Below are positions 10,610 through 19,171 of a stretch of 64,000 bases of DNA, piece after piece. The translations under genes were made by a program, and so were the position numbers. Each line of letters starts with the position of its first letter. The first letter of the stretch is position 1. The DNA is from Histomonas meleagridis 2922-C6/04-290x (taxonomy: Eukaryota; Protista; Parabasalia): positions 248,001 through 312,000 of the forward strand of contig JAANOX010000085.1 of assembly GCA_020184695.1 (NCBI GenBank). Direction: 5' to 3'. The notes under the pieces are model-generated. The model worked only from the letters and a program-made list of their open reading frames with translations. It was not told the DNA's origin and did no database searches.

Positions 10610-11701
10610 ATGGCTGAAGATCCAATAGTTGCCAAATATACTAAGCCTTCCGTTCAATGCTTCCACGGAGGACAATCCTTCCGCTCATGTAAGAACTTTA
10701 AGTGCGATTTCTCTGTAACAACAAATGTTTCTGGTCCACCAAAGAGTGCTGTTGAGGCTTCTTTGAAGGCTCTTGAAGACATTGAGCATTACCCAGAACA
10801 AGACTCATGGGAAGCTCGTTGCCATTTTGCAGACACATGGAAGATTTCACCAGAACAAATTTTACTTGGTAATGGTGCTTCTGAATTCATTGATATCATT
10901 CCAAGGTTATTCCCAAGAGGAACCAAATGGAGGCCCGGACCATGGGGTGCACAATTCATGGAATATGAAAGAGCAGCCACAAATGCAGGTCTCATTAAGG
11001 TTCCATGGGAAGATAACACAGCCCCACTCACAATCATGATCAATCCAAACTCTCCAACAGGAGATTACATTCCATTTGAAGAATTCAGAAAATTGGCACA
11101 AAAAGATGATAAGACAACATTTGTTGTTGATGAGTCTTTCATTTCATGCTATGGTCCTGATTGGATGGATCACTCATTAGCTCACCTTGTCAACGAATTT
11201 GGCGATCGTATCATAATCATATGTTCATGGACAAAAGTTCTTGCATGCCCACTTGTTCGTATTGGTACTGTTGTTTCTACAAAGAGCATTATCAACCGTA
11301 TTGTCAAGTTGCAAGTTCCATGGAGTGTTAATGGACTTGCACAAAAATTCATGATTGCTGCTTTACAAGACAAGACCTTCTTCCAGGACATGTGGAAGCG
11401 CACTCCAATTCTCAAGCAGAATGAAATCGATCTTGTTAAGGAGGTTGGATTCAAAGTTAATGAAAATGCACCAATTTGGGTTCCATATGTTTATGTAGAT
11501 ATGCTCACTGATGAAATTGCGAAAGAAGCCGAGAAAACTGCATTCGAAGCCGGCTATCCGATTCGTCTTTGTGCATCATTTGGTAAACCACATCATGTCC
11601 GTCTTGGAGTCCGAACCAAAGAGCATGCCAAAGGCCTCCAAACTGCATGGCTTTCCAACGAGCATCTCATGCAAATGATTAAGGAGTACAACTCCAAATA
11701 A
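10610..11701 (+). CDS. PLP-dependent class I/II enzyme, CobD (threonine-phosphate decarboxylase)/HisC-like
   Basis: Motifs HGG, DFSVTTN, HYPE, GNGASEFI, NPNSPTG, VVDESF and SWTK (PLP lysine). ATG at 10610 in TTCAAAATG-like context. Confidence 0.85.
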   Translation: MAEDPIVAKYTKPSVQCFHGGQSFRSCKNFKCDFSVTTNVSGPPKSAVEASLKALEDIEHYPEQDSWEARCHFADTWKISPEQILLGNGASEFIDIIPRLFPRGTKWRPGPWGAQFMEYERAATNAGLIKVPWEDNTAPLTIMINPNSPTGDYIPFEEFRKLAQKDDKTTFVVDESFISCYGPDWMDHSLAHLVNEFGDRIIIICSWTKVLACPLVRIGTVVSTKSIINRIVKLQVPWSVNGLAQKFMIAALQDKTFFQDMWKRTPILKQNEIDLVKEVGFKVNENAPIWVPYVYVDMLTDEIAKEAEKTAFEAGYPIRLCASFGKPHHVRLGVRTKEHAKGLQTAWLSNEHLMQMIKEYNSK

Positions 11702-11802
11702 ACAAACCACTTTCCAATTTCATTTCACATGTCACCTATAAAAAATTCAATGCAAAACGATGTGTCAGATCTTTACGCCATCAGCCGTCAGGACAACCAC
11801 CG

Positions 11803-11828
11803 GACGGTTGTACACAAAAAGTGTCATT
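11803..11828 (+). promoter_or_regulatory. M3-like (GACGGTTG) plus Inr-like (TCATT) core promoter of ATG8
   Basis: GACGGTTG at 11803-11810 and TCATT at 11824-11828, just upstream of ATG 11836; these match Trichomonas core promoter elements. Confidence 0.6.
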
Positions 11829-11835
11829 CATAAGT

Positions 11836-12195
11836 ATGGCAATTTCTCGTTATAAAAAGGAGAAAACTTTGGAAGAACGTAAGTTAGAGTCAAAAAACAT
11901 TTTGCAAAAATACGTGGGTCACGTCCCAGTTATTGTTGATAAGGATCCAAGATGTAAACTCCCAGATATTGAAAGACAAAAATTTTTGGTTCCTTCTGAC
12001 CTTTCAATCGGTCATTTCGTATACGTAGTACGTAAGAGAATCAACCTTCAGCCATCGGATGCTATTTTCCTTTTCGTAAATAAGAAACTTCCATCAACAA
12101 ATTCTTCTATGGGTCAATTATACTGTGACAACAAGGACGAAGATGGCTTTATGTATTGCACATATAGTTCAGATACTGCATATGGTTATAACTAA
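11836..12195 (+). CDS. ATG8: Autophagy protein ATG8/GABARAP
   Basis: VPVIVDK, KFLVPSDLSIGHFVYVVRKRI, AIFLFVN and EDGFMYCTYS; C-terminal ...AYG-YN with the conjugation Gly. Confidence 0.96.
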   Translation: MAISRYKKEKTLEERKLESKNILQKYVGHVPVIVDKDPRCKLPDIERQKFLVPSDLSIGHFVYVVRKRINLQPSDAIFLFVNKKLPSTNSSMGQLYCDNKDEDGFMYCTYSSDTAYGYN

Positions 12196-12387
12196 AACAG
12201 TATTTAATGGGATTTCAAAATTTTTTGTAAGTTGATTTAATTTTTTTAATCGTAAAGCAATTGGATGTTGAGTAAAGCTAAAGATGAATTATTTTAATTC
12301 GAAAAAATTTGTGTTTCCTAAAATCGATATTTCAAAGGAAGATAACTTGTTGAACGTTTATTTTGGAGCTCCCCTAAATATAACCGA

Positions 12388-12636
12388 ATGGGAGAAAACA
12401 TTAATTACGATATAATTAAACAATGTGTTGAAGGTGATGATAATAGTGTCACGTGTACAGAAAACACACCACGTCTTATAGGGCGCTCAATTGAGCTTTT
12501 TTTGGAAGATATAATTAAAAGAACACAACGCGATAATACATCAGAAATAACACCTCAGGACGTTGTTAATGTTATCGAAAACACTCCAGAATACAAATTC
12601 CTTAAGCCAATTATTCCAGAAATTTTGAATAAATAA
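12388..12636 (+). CDS. Small histone-fold protein (NF-YC/NC2alpha/CHRAC-like)
   Basis: TPRLIGRSIELFLEDII...ITPQDVVNVIENTPEYKFLKPII follows the CBFD_NFYB_HMF pattern. Confidence 0.65.
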   Translation: MGENINYDIIKQCVEGDDNSVTCTENTPRLIGRSIELFLEDIIKRTQRDNTSEITPQDVVNVIENTPEYKFLKPIIPEILNK

Positions 12637-12786
12637 AAATTACCATTTATATTTATCATTTCTATGGACTTTAATTATTTAGTGGGATTTTTTTTCAAGA
12701 GATTTGTTTGTTGTTACCAAATTTTTAAGGATTTCCTGCTTGATGAAGGAAAAGAAAAATCCGGCCGTTAAAAAAAACGTTCGTTA

Positions 12787-14862
12787 ATGGAAGGAGAAAA
12801 AGAAAAACAAAATATATCCGATGCACAAAAAACAAACACAAGTTCTCCGCCAATAAAAAGAAACAAATATAAAACAACAGATCTTTCACATGTTCATGAT
12901 CATAAAACAACAAATCCTGGCGCTAGTTTTATTCCGAATGAATTTATTCAGCAAATTCAAACACCTACGCCTTTAAAACCAGGCGCTAGTACTCTCATGA
13001 AAGATGGAAAAACATGGACTACAACAGTTTTTCCAAGTGAAAATGTTAATTCAATATCTGAAATCGAAAATCTTGAAAAATGGCTTAATAAAATGCTTGA
13101 AGAAAATCAAAAAAATACCGAAGACATAGATGAGTTTGCCTACAATGCTAAACATTGGTATACAATAGCGTTTAATGAGCTTTGTAGACAAGTTTCTGTC
13201 GAATGTCCTGAACGTGCGCGACTTCTTCTATCTATTTGGAAACGTTATCAATCTCTTACACAAAGAGTTATGCAACTTCATCAAGAAGAAAAAAATTATC
13301 TTATCAAATCGCATAAGGAAAGAACAGCTTCAGTTAAATCAGAACTAGAAAATTACCAATCACAACTCAAAATCATAACGCAACAATATCATGATGAACA
13401 AGAAAATAGGTCAAATGCAAGAGAGCAAGAAGAAATTAAATTTGCAAATATGCGACGAAGATTAGATCTTCAAATTCGAAACAAGCACAGTCTAATGCTC
13501 CAAATCAAAACTTTACAAAATAAACTTAACGTTCAAGATGAACCACCCCGAAACGACCCGCCCCAACAAAATTCTAAACCAAAAGAAACAGAAGAACCAA
13601 CATTTGATAAAGAAAAGTTATTAGATCATGCACAACAAGTTCGGCAAAAAGTTAGACAGAAATATGAAAGACTTCCTAATACATTTTTTATGTGTGATGA
13701 TATTGTTCGTTTTATTGATCAAGAAAGCAAGCCAACAAAAGCTATAAAAGGTATGTTTCCTGCTTTTTTTGGTAATTTGAGTAGTAGTTTTGTTGGTCAA
13801 GAAATGTCAACTGAATGGGCTACAAATGCACTTACATACATTTACTCACATCGTATCATAAAGCTTTGTTCAAGCACAACTCCATTACGGCATTCACCAG
13901 ATCGCCATCACTTTCTTTCTTTTATATATAATCTGTTTTTGACAATCTATAATACACCAGAAATCGCTTCAAAAACACTTTTTAATCTCATTCTAACTTC
14001 AAGAACACTCTCTGCTACAGGGAATCTTCGTTTTACTTTATTCCTTAGGTTCATAAATGCTGAACAACCTTATTTAGATGCTGTTAATCTTGATTTTTAT
14101 TGTTTTTGTCTTGCATCATTTTCATCTTCAAATCCAAATAGTAATCAACTTTTTTGGGATGATTTTTCGCAAGATTCTCCTTTGTTTTCTCCTGTTAATC
14201 AAGAACTCGCAAATACATTCGTGAAAAAAGTTTTAAATTTGATATGCTACGATGAAATTGCACAGAAATATTGTGAGGAAATTATCGGCGGGATTGAATT
14301 CAAAGAAGAAACCGTTATTTCAGTGGATCAACTTTTGAACAGTTTACTTGATGTTTTTTCTGATGAAGAAAATCGAAATAAAGAACAAATACATGAAAAT
14401 TATGAGATGGACACGGCACAATATGGAGGGATAGTAACGTTTGGACAATTCCAAACGCTTTCAATGTTTTTATCATCAAGGTTCGATCAAAAATATTTTG
14501 TTCAAATAATGAGGGAAACGTTAACAAATAGCTCATCGAAGTTTGTATCATTTAATGCATTTATTAATGCAATGCATATAAATTCGATGCTCGTTCCATT
14601 CTCATTTGAAAAAATTGGTTATAATCAATCTTTGCATTCAGAAGATTTGTTAGGTTTCATTAAGCAAGAACTCATTTTGCATGAAAAGGAATTCAATGAT
14701 TGCGTTGAGCGTGCAAAAAATGCAGACCAATTGTTATCTAAGAAAATGAGAGATGCAATAACAAGGCTAAAGCAATTGATCGAAGCTAAAAGAGCAGGAT
14801 ATTCAATCGAAGCTGCACATCGTGAAATTTATGAGTTGATTGCACAATATAATTGTTTATAA
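12787..14862 (+). CDS. Axonemal dynein light-chain (p28-like) domain coiled-coil protein
   Basis: EIENLEKWLNKML...YTIAFNELCRQVSVECPERARLL matches the Ax_dynein_light pattern, followed by a coiled coil. Confidence 0.75.
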   Translation: MEGEKEKQNISDAQKTNTSSPPIKRNKYKTTDLSHVHDHKTTNPGASFIPNEFIQQIQTPTPLKPGASTLMKDGKTWTTTVFPSENVNSISEIENLEKWLNKMLEENQKNTEDIDEFAYNAKHWYTIAFNELCRQVSVECPERARLLLSIWKRYQSLTQRVMQLHQEEKNYLIKSHKERTASVKSELENYQSQLKIITQQYHDEQENRSNAREQEEIKFANMRRRLDLQIRNKHSLMLQIKTLQNKLNVQDEPPRNDPPQQNSKPKETEEPTFDKEKLLDHAQQVRQKVRQKYERLPNTFFMCDDIVRFIDQESKPTKAIKGMFPAFFGNLSSSFVGQEMSTEWATNALTYIYSHRIIKLCSSTTPLRHSPDRHHFLSFIYNLFLTIYNTPEIASKTLFNLILTSRTLSATGNLRFTLFLRFINAEQPYLDAVNLDFYCFCLASFSSSNPNSNQLFWDDFSQDSPLFSPVNQELANTFVKKVLNLICYDEIAQKYCEEIIGGIEFKEETVISVDQLLNSLLDVFSDEENRNKEQIHENYEMDTAQYGGIVTFGQFQTLSMFLSSRFDQKYFVQIMRETLTNSSSKFVSFNAFINAMHINSMLVPFSFEKIGYNQSLHSEDLLGFIKQELILHEKEFNDCVERAKNADQLLSKKMRDAITRLKQLIEAKRAGYSIEAAHREIYELIAQYNCL

Positions 14863-15315
14863 ATAAATTTTTATTAAAATATAAATATTGTTCATTATGT
14901 GGATTGAATTGAGAATATTCTCAATTTTTAAGCAATCGCTTTTTTTAATCATGTGGAAAATAACAGAACAATTCATGTTCTTTGTTCTATTTTCATTTTC
15001 TTTTGTGCATTCGTATAAACCGAATTTTTATACAGATATTAAAATAAGTCACAAGATGATACATGAGTGATGATGAAAAATCAATATTTTGCTAATAGAA
15101 ATTGTAAAGTAGGAATATACTTTATTGGTCTGTTAAGTTCATATAATAATATTTCTGCTGAAATCACAGAACTTCTTTTAAATTTCAATAAAAATTTTAT
15201 TGGATTACTTTCTCTTTTATATTATGATGATGAAAAACAAAAATAAATTATTTATGCATATATTTTTAAAATACACTAAAAATACAAGATTATTTCCGAT
15301 TCACTATCACATATA

Positions 15316-16148
15316 TAGAGGGGTCCAAAAGTCTTTACATCCCACTTTTTCTCGATAACTAAAAGATATTTTAATGAAACTTGTATGATAGTCTTAAATG
15401 TGTAGAATATTTTATCTATATATATATTTTTTCTTATGTGAATGTATAATGAGTTGTGTACGTTTAAAATTTTATACGTCATTTTTTTCCTAAAATGAAA
15501 ACAGAAATTCGAACGGTATTTCATTATTGCTTTTTTCGTGGATTATCAGTTGAAGATACATATAATGAAATGATCATAGCTTATGTCCATAAGGTTCCTC
15601 AACCCAGAACAATTAAGAAATGGTTCGAGAGATTTGAAAAGAAATCAGAAAGCATCGAAGATTTACCCCGTACGGGGAGACCTGAAAAACATCTATGAAT
15701 GAGGTTGTTCTTAAACACATTCATAAGAAGGTATAAGAAAGGAGACCTGTAACTGGTACAAAAGGCTGCATGATTCATATGGACAATGCACCATGTCATA
15801 ACTCCGATAGTGTATCAAATGAAATCAAAAAATATGGATCTGCACGCATGCCACACCCACCCTACTCCCCAGATATTGCTCCTTGTGACTTCTGGTTATT
15901 TGGGTTTATAAAAGAAGCGTTAAAGGGTTACCAGTTCAATGGGGAGGAGACCTTGATTCAAAAAATCGTTCGAATTTTGAGCACGATAAAAAGGTCAACT
16001 TTACAACGAATATATCGCGAATGGTGTCTCCGTCTTGAATGGGTAATTAACAACGGAGGGGAGTACTATAAGAATATCTACATAAAAAAAATTCTAATTA
16101 TTATTTATTCAGAAAAAGGCATGTTGCACGAACTTTTGGACCACCCTA
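15316..16148 (+). mobile_element. Internally deleted, non-autonomous mariner (D,D34D) element, 833 bp
   Basis: TIRs TAGAGGGGTCCAAAAGT (15316-15332) and ACTTTTGGACCACCCTA (ending 16148), with TA duplications at 15314-15315 and 16149-16150. N-terminal HTH (RTIKKWFERF..EDLPRTGRP) and C-terminal DNAPCH-x-SPDIAPCDFWLF with 34 residues between the Asps. The middle of the transposase is missing and there is an in-frame TAA. Confidence 0.93.
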
Positions 16149-16450
16149 TATTCATGTTAACTATATCTGTTATTTATCATTAAAAATCTAGATAAAATAC
16201 AAACCACAACGAAAAAGTAATACAAAGTGTTATCAAATATCCATTATACTAAAAGCAATGGAAAAGATTTAAAGAATCAATGAAAGTGATCAAAATGGAT
16301 AGGTATAAATATATTTTAGACAAAGATATTAAAATTATCCAGATTCCTAAACATAAAAATTAACATTGGCTTATATAATAAATTAGATATTATAAATTTT
16401 GCTAAAAGTCATCATACCTTATATAAATAATTTGTTTCAAATAATTTCCC

Positions 16451-17948
16451 TTATTCTAAAAGTAATTTAACTATTTCTGTATGACCATTCCAAGATGCTC
16501 TAATAAGTGCTGTATTAAATAATTTAAATAATTTCCAAATATTATTTTGAAATAGAAAATTATTAAAATAAATTTTAAATAAAATAAATAAATATCTTTA
16601 GCATTAATATCAATTCCTTCTTGTTCAAGAAGTAATTTAACTATTTCTGTATAACCATTTCTAGATGCCCACATAAGTGCTGTATCAAACAACTTAAATA
16701 ATTTCCAAATATTATATTGAAATATCAAATTATTAAAATAAATTTTAAATAAAATAAATAAATATCTTTAGCATTAATATCAATTCCTTCTTGTTCAAGA
16801 AGTAATTTAACTATTTCTGTATGACCATTCCAAGATGCTCTAATAAGTGCTGTATCAAACAACTTAAATAATTTCCAAATATTATTTTGAAAAAATAAAT
16901 TATTAAAATAAATATCAAATAAAACAAAAAAATATCTTTAGCATTAACATTAATTCCTTCTTGTTCAAGAAGTAATTTAACTATTTCTATATGACCATTT
17001 CTAGATGCCCACATAAGTGCTGTATCAAACAACTTAAATAATTTCCAAATATTATTTTGAAATATAAAATTATTAAAATAAATTTTAAATAAAATAAATA
17101 AATATCTTTAGCATTAATATCAATTCCTTCTTGTTCAAGAAGTAATTGAACTATTTCTGTATAACCATTTTCAGATGCCCACATAAGTGCTGTATCAAAC
17201 AACTTAAATAATTTCCAAATATTATTTTGAAAAAATAAATTATTAAAATAAATATCAAATAAAACAAATAAATACTTTTAGCATTAACATCAATTCCTTC
17301 TTGTTCAAGAAGTAATTTAACTATTTCTGTATAACCATTTTCAGATGCCCACATAAGTGCTGTATCAAACAACTTAAATAATTTCCAAATATTATTTTGA
17401 AATATAAAATTATTAAAATAAATATCAAATAAAACAAATAAATATCTTTAGCATTAATATCAATTCCTTTTTGTTCAAGAAGTAATTTAACTATTTCTGT
17501 TCGACCATTTGAAGATGCTAAAATAAGTGCTGTTTCAAATAATTTAAATAATTTTCAAATATTATTTTGAAATATAAAATTATTAAAATAAATTATATAT
17601 AAAACATATAGATATCTTTAGCATTAACATTAATTCCTTCTTGTTCAAGAAGTAATTTAACAATTTCTGTATGACGTCTTTTTAAAGCACAAATAAGTGC
17701 TGTTTCAAATAATTTAAATAATTTCCAAATATTATTTTGAAATATAAAATTATTAAAATAAATATCAAATAAAACAAAAAAATATCTTTAGCATTAACAT
17801 TAATTCCTTCTTGTTCAAGAAGTAATTTAACGATTTCTGTATGACCATATATAGATGCAATCATAAGTGCTGTCCAAAATAATTTAAATAATTTCCAAAT
17901 ATTATTTTGAAATATCAAAATAAATTTCAAATAAAACAAATAAATATC
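16451..17948 (-). repeat. 170-bp tandem array: 102-nt ankyrin module plus 68-nt AT-rich spacer
   Basis: Flanking TA pairs (+ strand positions): 16525/16593, 16695/16763, 16865/16933, 17035/17103, 17205/17273, 17375/17443, 17545/17613, 17715/17783 (all 68 apart) and 17885/17945 (60 apart). Adjacent spacers are exactly 102 nt apart. Confidence 0.95.
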
Positions 17949-19122
17949 TTTAGCATTAATATCAATTCCTCTTTGCTTTAAAATGTATGTAACAAGTTCA
18001 ATATTTCCTGAAAATGAAGCAAAAACCAAAATATCTTCTGGAAGTTGATTATTTTTAAGGAAATATTTTACAAGAAAAATATTTCCAATTTTTGCTGCTT
18101 CATTAATGATATTTTCATTAATTTTCATTCCTCCTTTTTCTAAATATGTAAAAATTTCATAATTAAAATATGAAACACATATTTTTCCTAATTCTTTTAA
18201 ATTATTATTATCTTCAATTTTATTTTCATAAAGATAATAAAAAATATCATTTCGATGAAATTCAATTGCTGTTTTATATGCATCTTTAAATGATGAATGA
18301 TTTTGTTCACATAAATGAATAATTTCTTCATTTCCACCTGCAACTGCATATTTACCTGTGTTATCTATTTTAGAATCATTCATAAGTAAATATTTAAAAC
18401 ATTTAACTGATCCAAAAAATGCTGCATAATCAATTAGTGTAACATTCCAATTGTTAATAAATGAACATCTTTCATAAATTGATTTTGGAATAATTTGATT
18501 ATAATCGAATTCATTTTGTGATGATATTTCTTGTAGTTTTTCTATTTTTCTTATTTCTAATTATTTTTTTGCAATTTCATTTGGATTAACTCCTTCTTTA
18601 ATTAATTGCTTATGAAGTGCAAAAATCATTCTTCGAAAGTTCTTCATAAGAAATATTTTTCTTGATTATATTTATATCTAACTAATTGATCTTGATTAAT
18701 ATGAACAAAAATGGTTCACATTTATTTTTGGATGATTTTTTTGATTCAATTAAATTATACTTAATCATATAATTAAGTAAATAAAATGATTCTTGAGTGT
18801 TTTCTTGAAGAAGAAATTGAGAAAATAAATTTATTATTTTTGAGTTGATATTATTATTTTCTTCATATTTTTCAATTTCTTGTAATAATCTCAAATATAT
18901 ATCAAAATTATTACTATTAATCAGAAAAGAGATATATATCATTTGGCATATAATGATATCATAAGATATTGGATATTCTTTACAAAATTTGCTGAGAATA
19001 ATATTTGATGATTGAGGAAAATTATCTATATTCAAACCAAAGATTATGTTCTTGAGCGTTGTAAATGTTTCCCATTCGTTTTGAGATTTCTGGTTTGTTG
19101 TTGCAGTTTGCTTTTGATTCAT
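16451..19122 (-). CDS. DUF3447-type N-terminal domain plus ankyrin array interrupted by nine TA-flanked spacers (gene or pseudogene)
   Basis: ATG at 19122. IDYAAFFGSVKCFKYL / GKYAVAGGNEEIIHLCEQ is typical of trichomonad DUF3447-ANK proteins. Nine further 34-aa ANK modules follow, ending at TAA 16451-16453. Homopolymer frameshifts lie at about 18540-18740. Confidence 0.75.
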
Positions 19123-19134
19123 TTTGAACGGATA

Positions 19135-19171
19135 CTAGTAATGGCACTTTTTGAGCTTTGCTCAAAAAGTG
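19135..19171 (-). mobile_element. Helitron-like 3' terminus (hairpin plus CTAG|T)
   Basis: Perfect 12-bp stem CACTTTTTGAGC-aaa-GCTCAAAAAGTG (19145-19171), followed 6 nt later on the minus strand by CTAG and then T. No Rep/helicase ORF or 5' end identified. Confidence 0.55.

Noticed and set aside
14890-16430. SEL1-like relic around the mariner insertion (YTK.AME, QN.IG-like scraps)
   Set aside because: It needs several assumed frameshifts and is too degenerate to support by eye.
16471-17372. Four 71-85 aa ORFs as separate small membrane proteins
   Set aside because: They are frame-shifted slices of the 170-bp array (one module plus spacer read-through), and their starts are TTG codons inside the spacer ends.
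16525-17945. Spacers as GT-AG or U12 AT-AC introns
   Set aside because: GT and AG occur in only some copies. AT..AC pairings give 78, 82 or 84 nt, none of which restores the frame. No ACTAAC or ATATCCTT is present.
16525-17945. Programmed -1 frameshifting through the spacers
   Set aside because: Slippery heptamers (TTTAAAA/TTTAAAT) are present in only some copies, and two spacers have frame-0 stops early. Less parsimonious than removal, though not excluded.
16451-17948. CRISPR-like repeat-spacer array
   Set aside because: The context is eukaryotic, both parts of the unit are conserved, the unit encodes ankyrin repeats, and there are no cas genes.
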